A stretch of 64,000 bases of DNA. Source: Selaginella moellendorffii. Lineage: Eukaryota > Plantae > Lycopodiophyta. Location of the stretch: positions 934,499 to 998,498 of the forward strand of contig NW_003314323.1 in assembly GCF_000143415.4 (NCBI RefSeq). The letters run 5' to 3'. The position numbers and the translations under genes are program-made. Shown here in pieces: positions 22,037 to 35,029 of the stretch (the first letter of the stretch is position 1; each line of letters begins with the position of its first letter). The notes under the pieces are model-generated. The model worked only from the letters and a program-made list of their open reading frames with translations. It was not told the origin of the DNA and ran no database searches.

Positions 22037-24780
22037 TCAAATCGCCTGGGCTCGCACCTCCTCACCACGATCTTCTGCGCTGCTCCACGGTTCCCATGAA
22101 ACCTTGTATATCCTCCACACTCCCGCGATCGTATTCCTTGATCCACTCCACCAGCTGGTTATACACGTCGCGCTCGTAGCAGCTGTCCGCTGAGAAATCC
22201 ATCTCCCATGGCCTCTCCCGCAGCATGCACATGGTGCTCGAAGCTCCCCAGCTGGACACTCCCGTGCGCATCCAAACAACTCCTGCTCCATACACTCCAA
22301 CTTTCCATGGACGAGTGCAATCGCACGAGTTCAAAGCGCTCGGGATGCTTATATCCGCGTGTCAACGAGCCGCCAACTTTGCCATCTTGCGCTGGAGTTT
22401 TCCTGAAACCCGACGACGATCCTTCGCTATCACCAGGAAGCGCTTGAAGCGGAGACGACGAGGAGCTGAGAACTTGCAGTGCCGAGGAAAGTGAGCTTTC
22501 AGGGTGTGCCGCTGCAGAAGACGTCAAACGGGACGTCAAACGGCTGATGTAAATGCCCAAGTTTGGCCGAGCCGCATCGATTCACTTGCCCATTTCCAAC
22601 GATATCCTTTTGTCCATCTTGATGCTAAATTCTTTCTTTTGAGCGCGCCAGTAAACCCAATGAAACCGAGCCAGAAAAGCCACCCGGCATTCCTTTCGAT
22701 GCTGCTGCTTCTTAGAGCATTATTTTCCTCGTCCCAATCCACTTCCAGAGCCGACCACTCGATAACCCGGCATATGTTGTAGTTGCAGTGTCGAGGAGCT
22801 TGCCTGGCTCGGAAGAAGAAGACGCAACATCCAAGTATAACTCGACCAGGAAGAGATTGGACTTGAGCTCCTGCCATTCCCAGTGCCTGGTATACTTATC
22901 CAGCTCGAGAAGAAGCTCGTGCTGGCCTGCTGGAAACCCACTCGAGAATACTGTGTCCAACGTGATATAGTCCACTGTTGTTCTCGTAGTCTTTCGTCAT
23001 CTCTCCGACCCTCTCGGGACAATTGGCCACCGCCTCCTCACCTTTGAGTATCTCTTCACAAGATAACAATCTGACAGTTGACCTGTGGTAACTGCGACAC
23101 TGTCTCCGTTGCGGAGAAGATAAGCCCGAGCAAGCCATCCAAATATATAGATAGTAGTGAGGTGGCGCTACTGCCACCTAGGATCATGTCATAGAGAGTG
23201 TATATACTTCACATCTTGCCAATTCGCATTCTCTTCCTGGTGCAAGGTTTAGATGAGCAGTGGAGAGAGTTCTGCCTCCTCGTCCCAGTTTGACGCGTGA
23301 GCCCTCGTCTTGAGTGAAAAGGATTTCGCATTCGTTCTTCTCTTTGAGCTGCTTGCTCTTCAAAATCTTCCCGTGTTGCCAGTGTAGCCTTGACAAGGAG
23401 AAGCCAAGAAGGCTAGCGTTGGCTGGACCAAATATTGTTTCCTTTTCTTCCTCTTGGATGTATCCGGGACAACGTCGAGCTTCCTCTTTCATTGAAACGA
23501 AAGGTTGGTATGCTTCCATTCCAAACTCTGCAATCCAGTGCCATGGTGCTTCTCTTCAATAACTCTCTTGATATGAGCGATCTGATACGAAGAAAACTGT
23601 TGGTACGATCTTCCATGCAAAGAATGGAGATATGGAGAGCAAATTCTTACAGTGTCGTGGACTGTGCTCAAACGATGCTCAAATGATCAAAGGCAAGCTT
23701 TTTTTTCACTCACATTGCATTGGACTTTCTGCCAAAGAAATAAACAAATTCATCATAAAAACTCATCACTGTTTGAAGTAATCTATGATTTGAATCTTGG
23801 ATGATTGCCTGGAGGAGACTCTGCGCCTTTGCCAGATCCCACTTGACAGGGCATCTTTGTAGAGCTTCGGGCTCCAGCTCCATTGAGCCATGATCTGCTA
23901 CAGGTATAGGCACATTTCTCAAATGGAGATTGGTCATTGCTTCCGACGGCCGGGACGTAGTGATCATGCACCTCATTAGTAATGAATTCTTGAAGTCAGA
24001 ATCCAAGCTCAATTCATCTAGTAACGTCGCTACCACAAACACCTAGAAAATTATAGCAAATGACAGTCCCCCCCAAGCATGGAGGGAACACACTACTTGT
24101 GTACTTCTTTACCTCAAGGCGAGAATTTTTATAGCTCCTAGCTTGGTCCATGGCGTGTGCTCGAAACTGCTCTTGACCACAAATGCGTTCAACATCTTAT
24201 AAATCTCTGTATTATGAATCATCGATCATCTCTCTCCTCCGAAACTGAGCATATAACTGGCGGCGGCTACTCCTCATGTGTCTAAACATCCCTCTCTCTT
24301 CCTCAAAATCAATGGGCTCACACCTCCTCGCCACGATCTCCTGCGCTGCTCCCTCCTGCGCCTTGTAATCCCGCAGCAGCTGCTCAATGTACACCACCTC
24401 AAACCTGAAGAGATTCACGCAGCAATCCGGTTCCCAAACCTTGTAATCTTTAATCTCAATCTCGCGACGGTACTCCTTTGCACCCTCGATCCACTCCACC
24501 AGTTGGTTATACACGTCGGGAATCCATTTCGCCTGGCCTCTCCTGCAGCAGCTTGCTGCACAGCAAGTCGTCCTCGAGCTCCTCAACAATCCGGGCTTCA
24601 AACCGCAGCATCACTTCCCTCGTCCTATCAACAATGTCGCTTGCGCATCTGAACAAATCCTGCTCCGCCCAACATGTCATTCGCTCCTTAAATTCTCTAG
24701 CACCTGGAGTGGATTTGCAAACCACATTGGACGGTGTGAACTTGGGTTTCCACGATGATCTCCGGATGAGCTCCGCGTCC
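22037..24780 (-). repeat. Two direct-repeat copies (about 22037-22240 and 24290-24560) of an unidentified coding fragment
   Basis: Shared gatccactccaccag(c/t)tggttatacacgtcg and cacctcctc(a/g)ccacgatct, both reading ...DVYNQLVEWI...; family not recognised. Confidence 0.7.
22500..23680 (-). pseudogene. CABIN1-like (HIRA complex subunit) pseudogene fragment A
   Basis: HIKRVIEEKHHGTGLQSLEWKHTNLSFQ; SGLYHVGHSILE; NLFLVELYLD; WLFWLG. Frameshifted; inverted paralog of 26620-27940. Confidence 0.7.
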
Positions 24781-25339
24781 TAAACTTGGGCATTTTTATC
24801 GTTCCGCTTGACTTTAGCGCGTACTGCTTTCACGAGATCTCGGTGCGTTTTCTCATCCAAGCTTTACACGCCAGAGCGGAGGTCGGCGTAAGTGATGCCA
24901 AAATAGGGGCCCTCTACACCAGTGTTCACAACGCTCAGATAAGCATCCCGTCCCATCAGAACCTGCCCCACTGACACCATTCATAGCATCATAAAAGTCG
25001 GGGATGTCGGTTACTAGGTTAAAATCCTACTACAACGTTGTCGCATCGTAAAAAACTGGACATTCACAAGCCCCGGGTCCCAGCTTTGCAAGGACACTTG
25101 ACAGAGTTCATGAATGGCCGGCACTCTTCAGGCACGTCACCAACAGCCATCAGCTGCTCCGCTATGGCATGGATTGCCAGTGTCTTTGCGTATCTGCTCG
25201 GCTTTTTCCTTGTCCCATCAGTAAGCCCCACAGTGAGCTCCAGCAATTCGCATTGCTTTGAGCGCCTTCAGAGACTTCTCCTGTAGCCGCCAAACACACA
25301 GAATGAGGCCTTGATGTACAAAGCCTCGAGAAGCTCACG

Positions 25340-25675
25340 CGCAGCTCGCGCTTCCATTGGAACGCCCTGAGTGGCTGGTTCCTTTGCAGCTCCCGTAGCT
25401 TCTATTGGAACACCCTGAGTGACTGCAACGCCCTGAGTGGCTTGTTCCTTTGCAGCTCCCGTAGCTTCCACTGGAACACCCTGAGTGACTGCAACGCCCT
25501 GAGCGACTGGTTCCTTCGCAGCTCGCGTAGCTGCCACTGGAACGCCCTCAGTGGCTGGTTCCTTCGCAGCGCGCGTAGCTTCCACTGGAACGCCCTCAGT
25601 GGCTGGTTCCTTCGCAGTTCGCGTAGCTTCCATTGGAACGACCGAAACGCCTTGAGTGACTGGAACGCCCCGAGT
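25340..25675 (-). repeat. 48-bp minisatellite (with 18-bp sub-insertions) inside ORF 25268-25876
   Basis: About 6 units of ctgagtggctggttccttcgcagctcgcgtagcttccactggaacgcc, encoding (T[EQ]GVP[VIM]EAT[RG]AAKEPA)n. Confidence 0.9.
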
Positions 25676-25999
25676 CTTCGACAGATGAAGGCCGTGATAA
25701 GAGTCTTTGAGGCGCTTGAGTTCTTTCTTACCTGCTAGATGGATGAGGCTTTCTTCAGTCAGTGAAGATTCTTCTAGCATGGACCGAATTACCTTGAAAA
25801 GCTGGGCATCGCCATAAGTCAAGAGGGAAGTGAACACAAGAAGCATAGAAACTGTTTTGTATTTGCCCAATGCCAAAAAAAGAAGCTGCCCCTTCCATTT
25901 TCCTCATGGCAAAACACTTGAAGAAGTTCCCATGCTGCCAACCTCTTGCCTTTCTGGTACAGAGCAAGATGGATGCTGGAGAAGGAGGAGGCGGAGCAA

Positions 26000-26252
26000 G
26001 CTGATGCCTCACAGCCGGGATCTGTTCTTCAATCTCTAGCACTTTCCAGTAATGCCCCTTCTGGGCATATGCGTCAGCAAGAAGCTTCCAGCTCAGGAAG
26101 TTTCTAGTTGGACACTGGAGAAATGCCTCTCGAGCGCAATCGACTCGGCCAAGCATGCCGTAGTCTCTGATGACGCAGTTCCACACCCACGGCTTCTCGT
26201 CTTCCATTCGCTTCTTTGAAATCTCTTCGCCAGCAGTTGCCGCCGTGGGCAA
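26000..26252 (-). pseudogene. PPR fragment (two motifs)
   Basis: VWNCVIRDYGMLGRVDCAREAF...RNFLSWKLLADAYAQKGHYWKVLEI. Confidence 0.65.
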
Positions 26253-26619
26253 GTGCTAGGTGCGCTCGGGAAGAAAAGAGCCTTGGCGGAGACTCTCGGC
26301 GCTGCTGCTTCCGCCTGAATGCGATACATTTCTTTCCCCTTGGTCTCTCTCCAATCGATTAGGGTTTTTTGGAGCTCCCGGCGATGGTTAGTAGAGATCT
26401 CCTCTTCGATTCTCTGCGTGACGCCTGTATGCGATCTCACCAATCAACGAGAGTAGAAGCCGATTGGAGCCTTCGGCCCCCACAAACGAAGCGCAGGTTA
26501 GAAGCTGCTTTCTCCCTGCGCAGGAGTCTCATCTCCCGAAGCTCTACCAAGATGCTGCAAAGAAGGCGATCACCCAAGATCCTTTGCGGATCAAATCACA
26601 GGTGACTTCAAACACTCGG

Positions 26620-27940
26620 TGAAAGCTTTGCTTTCGAAATGGGTTCTCACTTGCGATGTGGTTCTTCTATGTAACTAGCGAGGAAAATCCGATGCAATGC
26701 TCCACTTGTGGAGAAACTTGTCGAAGTTTTAATCGCCAGACACAGTCGTGAAACGCTTCCATCCTTCGCACCCTCGCGCGCTTCATACCAAGAGAGTTAT
26801 TGAAGGCAAGCACCATGGCACCGGCATTTCGGGGATGGAACCGACACATCCCAACCTTTCGTTTCAACGGAAGAGGAAGCTCGACGTTGTCCCGGATACA
26901 TCCAAGAGGAAAAGAGGAAGCAGTACTTTGAAGTTAACGCTACAGGAGCCGTGTTGGCTTTTCCTTATCAAGTAGTCACTGCAAAACAGGCAGCAAGGGA
27001 AGGTTTTGAAGAGCGAGGAGCTCAAAGAGAAGAACGGCTGCTATCTTGCCAATTCTCGCGTTCTCTTCTCGGTGCAAGGTCCCGATGGAGCAGCGGCGAG
27101 ACTTCTGCCAAGCTGACAGATGATCTTCTTCTCAACAATGGTGGCTGCGACACCGTCTCTCTTGCCGAGAAGATCAATCTCTCAGAAGTCGGACAGCCAT
27201 GCGCACGAACGTCGAAGCACTCAGCTACGGAGCCTGATCAAAGTCGAGGAGGCGGTGACCGATTGTCCCAGGAGCTTGACGCAACCTTTCATCATCGACA
27301 GCTCGCGTTTAGAGGTCGAAGTCGGTCCCGAGGCTTCAGGTATCGCGCACTGCGAACGGCTGCTTGGCATATCCGGCTTCTGAGAGCTCGGCCTCTTGCC
27401 CCGCTAAGCTAGTGAGGTGACGCAGTTTATGCAAGACAGTGGACTATATCACGTTGGACACGGTATTCTCGAGCGGGTTTCCAGCAGTGGTATAGACTGG
27501 AAGGAGCAAAGCGAGCTTCTTCTCGAGCTGGAAAAGTGTACCAGGCACTGGGGTTTTTCCTGGCCGAATTATACTTGGATGCTGCGCCTTCTCCCGAGCG
27601 AGGCAAGCTCCTCGATCATGCAACTACAGCATATGCCCGGTTATCGAGTGGTCGGCGATTGGGACCAGGAAAAGAACGCTCTATCAAACAGCATGCCGGC
27701 TGGATTTTCTGGGGTCGGTTTCATTGCGTTACTGCATGCTCGGAAGTGCCTTTGCTTGCATCAAGCGCAACACATGGCGATAGTTTTGCCTCACTGTAAG
27801 ATTGACAAGAGGATATCACTGAAAATGGCTGAGCAGAAGCTGTACGAGTTTGAAGTTTGAGATTGCTGAAGAACACGGTGGCCAAGCTGGACATAGAAGA
27901 TAAGTATTCGGAGCTCATCCACATATGCATCTCGAGGGAA
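26620..27940 (+). pseudogene. CABIN1-like pseudogene fragment B
   Basis: Colinear motifs AFEMG, EKLVEVLIA, HPSHPRALHTKRVIE..GISGMEPTH..LSFQRKRK, ERRSTQL, SGLYHVGHGILE, FLAELYLD, IVLPHCK..KLYEFEV, LLKNTV..EDKYSELI, matching plant CABIN1 as recalled. Many frameshifts. Confidence 0.78.
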
Positions 27941-29463
27941 TATCCTAATATATCTGCACTCTGGTCTTTAGCATCCACAACAATATTGTGAAAAAAGGGC
28001 CTCAAATCGTCTCTAGCACCTGAATGTTGTGAAAGAAGGGCTTCGGCAAGTAATGGCTCGAAGTTATTTTCCTCATTGCCAGGTAATATAGTTAGAGCAA
28101 TACACTACTCCCCCTACTAGGAGGAAGAGGTAGAATGTTGGAAGTGTTTTGATGTGAATAAAACTCATAGATCTTTTTGATGGCTGCATGAGTTAGATTT
28201 GAGACTCTCCATGACGGGTCTGCATGGTGAAGCAAAAATGATGTCAAAACAAGTAAAATGTAAGAACTGAATAAGCAAAGAACTTTTGTGTGTATGTTGC
28301 TACTGTTATAAGTAGAATCGAAGATGAACCCTGTTGAAGGGATTAGCGTCCATCACTTGAAAGTAAAAAAATGTTTGCGCCAGTGATGCTTTTCACCTGA
28401 AATGGGCCGCTCCAAGCTGATGCAAGCTTTGGTCAATAAGGGTTTTTGATATTGTAAATCCAGACGAGATTCCATGGCTGAAAAGCTGAGCCATGTCACC
28501 ATGGAAATGTTTTACCACTTATTCAGCCCCTGGCACTACCAACATCAGCTAAGTCCATGGACATACCATCAAACCTCTCGCACAAAAAAGATAAACTCAA
28601 TGTTTTGGGGAGAATGATATTATCAAGTTGTAAAACTAGCTACAGCAAATTGAACAGTGAGTAATTCATTAGATTTATATTTTATATTTATTTTACCAAG
28701 ACTAAAGTGAACATGGATAGACATATGGGGTAAAATGTCCAAGAGCCAGCTCTTTCGTTTGGAGAGAATGCACATTCTTCTAGATTGAAAACATTCAAAA
28801 ATTTATTTGCCAAGAGTTAGTATCATTGCAGTGGTGCTATTCAACAAATTATAGTTTTCAGGCCGAGAACTTAGTCTCTAAAAGCTTTTAATGAGGCTAT
28901 GGTTACAAGCTCTACTCTGTCAACAATATCCAAAGAAGGCTTTGATGGAGGGATATATAACCTCCCTTCCAACATTAATGGCTATAGATATTGCTGTGAT
29001 GAGTCCAACAATCCACAAGTGATGGCTTATGTGCTAAATGCAAATATGAAGCTGCAAAATTAGATATGAAGGTCTAGCATATCTTCTTGGATAATCTTCT
29101 GGGACAAATAGCTTAACAAATGCCACAGCCACCTTATGGCCAATAGCCAGAAGGAGTTCCAATGCCAATAGTTCAACAAAAAGATTAGGAAGTGTTTTGA
29201 TTATGAGAGCTAGCATAATTGGGAGGTATATAAAGCCTAAAAAGTAAGCCATTGAACATAAAGTCTGCTGATAGAGGAGTAACCAAGGCTACATACCTAT
29301 TGTTTGTTTATGACCAAAGGGCTTTTGAATGCTTGATATGGAGGTAATTGACATTATAGAAACTCTACAGTAGTTAGGTGTATAGAACAACAAATCATTA
29401 GAGTTTAAAGATAAAAAGGAAATGGCCCAAAAATAAAAGTGCACTATTTCTTATTTGTTTAAG

Positions 29464-29625
29464 TGTGAGTGCATGGAAAATAGAAATGTGCATATCAATT
29501 AGCCCAAAAACCCTAGCTTATATACAGGAGCGAGTGGTTTGGATTGAAACCAATCCGACGGCTACCAAAATCCCACTACGCTAATATTAGTATACGGCAT
29601 CGTAGCCGTACACTTGGCCCTCACA
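29464..29625 (-). repeat. 3' LTR (162 bp) of the Ty3 element
   Basis: TGTGAG...CTCACA termini; 12 differences (11 transitions) from 34254-34415 by manual count. Confidence 0.93.
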
Positions 29626-32600
29626 TCATCCCCTCCTCTCAGAATAATGGAAGGCTATCAGGGTTCTCTTGTAGATGGGCCAGCATCTGGAGGAACGTCA
29701 GGAGGAGGCATCGGCGGATCTGTGGACGGCATTAATTGCTCCTGATCCCTTTGTATGAAGTGTTTCAACTGCTGCACATGCACAATCTTTGGAGGATCGG
29801 CTTGCTGGATGTCATGCCGAACCTCATAAACTTGCGGTCCAACTTGCCGCAACACTCGATATGGTCCTTTCCACTGCGCAAGGAGCCCCTTAGATAAACC
29901 ACGTACCGTAAGATGAGGAAAACGGACTAACACCAAATCATCCACTTTGTACTCTGCAGGTGGATGATGATGGGAGTTGTAGCACCGTTGTTGTCCCACT
30001 TGTACACGGCCTAAGTGTTCGGCAGACTCTGCTCGGACAAGTGGAAGAATGCTCGTCAAATATTGATCCCATGACCTAGCATCTTAAGCTCGTGGGGTAA
30101 ACCCAGCTTCGTTGGTAATATTGGATCATGACCATATAGAAGTTTATATGGTGAAGCACCAACAGAACTCTGCACCCCTGTGACATAGGCATACTTAAGA
30201 GACGGCAAATAACCATCCCAATCCAAATGCTGAAAGTTCACATACTTCACAATCATCCCTTTGAATGTCCGAACGAGCCGTTCCACTAGACCGTCTGATT
30301 GTGGATGATAAGCACTCGTAAAAGTGTGGCGTATCCCCAACCGAGATGTCAAAACATGAAATACCTCAGCCATAAATGCAGGACCATTATCCGAAAGAAT
30401 CCACTCTGGACAAGAATGCTGGAACACCACTCGATTGAGGAGGAAGTATCTAACAGCAGTTGCAGAGGCACTAGCAAGAGCACCAACTTCCACCCAACGA
30501 GTCAAGTAGTCAGAAGCAATAATAAATACTCATTGCCAGCAATCGATCGTGGAAAAGGTCCCATAAGATCAAACGCCACCAACTCAAACGGACGGGAAAC
30601 TGTAATTGACTCCAACCATCCTTCCGCAGCACAAGGGGGAGTATTACGAGCTTGGCACCAAACGCAGCTGCGCACATACCGGATAATATCACGTCGCATC
30701 TCTGGCCAATAGAAAGACCTGCGCAGCTTCTCGGTGACACGACGGTGTCCCATATGCCCACCTAGAACAGGAGAATCATGGTAGGCATGGAGAAACCGCG
30801 GAATAAACACCGAAGGCACCACCAGCCATAAATGATCATCAGGATCCGTCCCCACAAAATAAAGAAGGCCATCTTCAAGGTGATATTAAGAATGTAAATG
30901 CCGGAAAGGCAAGTCATCAGCAAGTGATGCAGGATTCTCAAACCCATCTCAAAGCCTTCGAATCCACAACTCAATCTTTTGAGCCTCGCGAACCTCATCA
31001 AGAGAAGGTAGATCTTGCTCTGCGCCCTGTGGACACTGAACGTCAAGGACAGCAACCGCCGACGGCACAGAATCCTCATCTAGAAAATCCACAGATGCTG
31101 GAACAACAAGTTCGTCAGAAACATGAGAAGTGAGTGGAGAAGGAAGAGGAGCTCGAGAAAGGGCATCAGCATCAGCCATAGAACTCCCTGGGCGATGAAC
31201 AACATCGAAATCATATATCTGAAGCTTCAAAGCCTATCGAGCCGTACGACCAACCAGGTTTTTCCGCTTCAATAATGAAGTAACAGCAGCATGGTCACCT
31301 TCAAGTAACGTCTGAGAACCATGTAGATATGTATGAAGTTTCTCGAAACCCCAGACTGCTGCTAAACACTCCTTCTCCGTCATGGAGTAATTCTCCGCTG
31401 GTTGTAATGTACAGCTTATGTATGCAATGGGATGGCGTTGACCAGGCACACTCGAGCTCTCTTGCATCAACACACCTCTAAGACCAATGTCAAAAGCATC
31501 CACGCGCAAAATAAAAGGTCAAGTGTAGTCAGGATATGCCAAAACTGGAGGAGTCATCAATAGCTCTTTGACATTCATGAACGCTCGCTCATAATCCGGA
31601 GACCAAATGAAAGATGACGTTGATGACTTCAGCAACGCTCGCAATGGTGTAGTGCGATCTGAAAGATGATCCACAAAACGACCGAGATACTGCACCTTAC
31701 CCAAAAAGCGCTGCACATCATTCACACACTTTGGAGTAGGGAACTTTAGAACAGCCACAAGTTTGTCAGGATCAACTTGCAAACCTTCACGAGAAATATG
31801 GTACCCAAGATAAGTTGTGTCCTTGGACCCAAACATGCACTTTGACCGCTTTAGCTTTAAACCAACGTCGCGTAGCCGATCCAACACTTTACAAACATCA
31901 CGAATGTGCTCCTCCCACGTCCCCTCCAAGTGGATCAAGACATCATCAATGAAGTCAGCCGTCACCTCTGGCATATCGCAAAGAACCTCGTCCATCATCC
32001 GCTGAAAAGTTGCTGGAGCATTGTTCAAACCAAACGGCATCACCAAGAACTCATACAAACCAAATGGTGTACGAAAAGCAGTCTTAGGAATATCTTCTTC
32101 GGCCATCGGTACTTGCCAATACCCAGAAGCAAGATCTAGCTTGGTGAACCAATGACTTCGCCCCAGACGATCCAAGAGATTAGCAGTGTGAGGAAGAGGG
32201 TACATGTCCGGGATCGTCACTTCATTTAACAGACGATAGTCGATGCAGAAACGAATACTCCCATCAGGCTTCGTTACAAGATGAGGTTCACATGCCCAAG
32301 GACTCCGCGACTTCCGAATAACACCCTTCTCCAACATCTCCTTGACGTTTGCACGTAAAATCTTGATCTCTTTGGGTGACCGAGGACGAACAGGAACCTT
32401 GATTGGACGAGCATCCCCGGTTGGAATGGGATGACGTGTGGCAATCTTGGCCCCAGACGATAGGTCAAATTCAAAGAGATCAGAATACTCCTTCATGAGC
32501 TGGTCAACAGCTGCAACATAAAGATCATCAGAGGGATCGAAAAAGGGAAGAGCAGAATAAGATGGAAACACAAGAGGAAATAGTGGAGGAACAAAAGTAA

Positions 32601-34253
32601 TGGAAGCAGAGGTAGAAGTAGAGGGACGAAGAGGTACGGAAGTGAGAGGAATGGATGAAACATAAGGAAGTATGAGACAAGGGGGAGAAGCCTCAAAGTC
32701 ACACTTGGCATGATTGCGCTGCAACCAATCCATACCAAGAATGAGGTCAAAAGCTTGACTCGGCACCACCCGCAACGACTACAACTCAAGCTCGAGATCA
32801 CCAACACAACCAGGTTCGCCTCATCTCGTGCACATGCATGTGTACAGCCGTTGCCATAAAGAATGAAAACTGGATCCGCCGCACGATGCAAGTGTAGACG
32901 ACAACGTGTGGCAACAGGTCGAGCAATAGAAGATAAACTCGAACCTATATCAACCAACACGGAGAAAAGAATAGGAGACTTCTTGTTATAAAAACGAGCT
33001 TGGAAAGTAAACACTGGATGAACCGGTGCTGAGTGAACCCCTTGATGATACTCCCGAAAGAAAGATGGAGGGGTCACTAATTTATTCGCGCAAGGTCCCT
33101 CCATTACTCGCGCGACTCCTCGTTTCCCGAATGCACCTCGGTATCCAAACCTTCCACCGCAGCAGCACCAACGGGACGTTGCTGACGCCAAGGTTTCCAC
33201 CCAGGAAATGGAGGTCGCCAATCCGGAAAGCGCCGACAACACCGATAAGTATGACCAACTTCATCACACGCCCAGCAACGAACATCACGGCCACAACCAC
33301 GTCCTCGCCCTTGTCCTTGGACTCGAGTAGCAGCAGCATCAACCTCCATGGGAACAGGACCATCACTCATAGGAAGTGGAGCTGAAGGACGTGTAGCAAG
33401 AAGTGGAAGAGGCAACGTCTCATAATGTTGTGCCAAGCGAAGAGCATCGTCAAGAGTGGCAGGAGCAAGACAAGATCTTGACGAAGTGCTAGCCACAACA
33501 TTCCTAGCTTGATCCGCTCTGACATATTTGGCTCCGCACTAAGCAAAAGACTTCGGAAACGAATGCCAAATTGCATCACCGACTCAAATGGCCCTTAGTG
33601 AAGACGATGTAATTGTTGGAAGGCATCATCACAATTGTCGGCGTGTCCGAAGGCGCGTTTGAAGACGTCCGGAAGAACACTCCGATCGCCATGAGTGGCT
33701 GTGCTCAATCCATTGTACCACTGCAATGCCGTGCCTTGGAGACATGTGGGGAACTCACACAAACGTCGAGCATCATCCCAAGAATGATATGTGGCAATCA
33801 CCCTGAAGTGATCGAACCAATGGTACACATCATCCCCAGGATTCCCGTGAAAGAACTCCGGCTGAACGCAAGGATTGGCACCAAGAGCAGGAGGAGTTGT
33901 ACCATGTGCCGTGAACGCTGCCATCAACTGAGTTTGGTTGTTCAATTGCAAGCGCATAGCATCAAGCAATTGAACCAACTGCTGCTCTAGAGTCAAAGGA
34001 GGAGATTGTGGATCGGCCATGAAGATGAATGAAAAAGAAAGAGCAAAAGAAGAGAAATGACAAAAAGTTGGAAAGAAATGGTAGATCTAGACAATGCAAA
34101 AAGCTAGATCTAAACCAAAATCCTGAAAGGAAAGAACAAAAGAAAGGAAATGGAAAAAGTTAGATCTAGACAATGCAAAAGTTAGATCTAAACCGAAATC
34201 CCAAATCCAAGCACTCCCCAGGGACAATTAAAAGTGCCCTTCAACTCCACCAA

Positions 34254-34415
34254 TGTGAGTGCATGGAAAACAGAAATATGCATATCAATTAGCCCAAAAA
34301 CCCTAGTTTATATACAGGAGCGAGTGGTCCGGATTGAAACCAATCCGATAGTTACCAAAATCCCACTACGCTAATATTAGTATATGGCATTGTAGCCGTA
34401 CACTTGGCTCTCAAA
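34254..34415 (-). repeat. 5' LTR (162 bp) of the Ty3 element
   Basis: Direct repeat of 29464-29625; contains hairpin CGGATTG-AAAC-CAATCCG. Confidence 0.93.
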
Positions 34416-34539
34416 TAAGCAAATTTGTAAGTGGATATATATAAAATATTCTTGAATATTTTAAATTTTGAATCTGCTAACACCATCATGTTCAAGATAA
34501 TCTATATTAGTTGTAAAATCCATGAATTCATTCTCACTG

Positions 34540-35002
34540 CTGGCTATAGTGATGGTCTCTCTTTGAGTCAATGCTGTGGACCCCGAAGGATCTCACCTTC
34601 CCTGCAAACGCACTACCCTGAGGACTTCATCTTCGGCGCCCTCAAGCAATCAGCCAACACGAACAACGGGCCTCAATGGTCCTTTCCATTGTGAGGCTCG
34701 ACTTCGCAAAGGGTGGCTTGATCCCGCCTCACACCCATCCCCATGTCGAGATGAGTCGTGAGGTACGCTGGGTTTGTCACTCACTATGGACAACAAGCTA
34801 AGACGACGTGATGATCTTTCCCCGGGGCTTGATCCACTGGCAGCTCACACCGCCACTGGGATCGTCTCAACTCGCATTTCCCTGGCTTCCAGCTGATTGC
34901 CAGCTCCATGTTTGGATCCAATATCCTGGACGAGGTGTTGATCAAGACCTTCATCAACGAGAAGGCCGTGCAGCAGCTCAAGTCAATCTTCACTCTGGCT
35001 AG
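34540..35002 (+). pseudogene. Germin-like pseudogene (cassette copy C)
   Basis: Pieces EDFIFGALKQSANT, PPHTHP, MIFPRGLIHWQL, MFGSNILDEVLIKTF..EKAVQQLKSIF, with many deletions and frameshifts. Confidence 0.9.
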
Positions 35003-35029
35003 GAAAAAAACCCATAGTGTCAAAGTTTG

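Larger units (their letters stand above)
29464..34415 (-). mobile_element. Full-length but disabled Ty3/gypsy LTR retrotransposon (gag-PR-RT-RH-INT)
   Basis: gag (33104-34020, CWACDEVGHTYRCC knuckle); PR LVDIGS; RT (31519-32775: FTKLDLASGYWQV, MPFGLNNAPATFQR, FIDD); RH (NYSMTEKECLA); INT HHCC + core + GPY. PBS TGGTGGAGTTGAAGGG, PPT GAGAGGAGGGGATGA, TSD TAAG (29460-29463 / 34416-34419). Several stops and frameshifts. Confidence 0.96.

Noticed and set aside
28000-29460. Fragments including ORF 29034-29252
   Set aside because: No identifiable motif.
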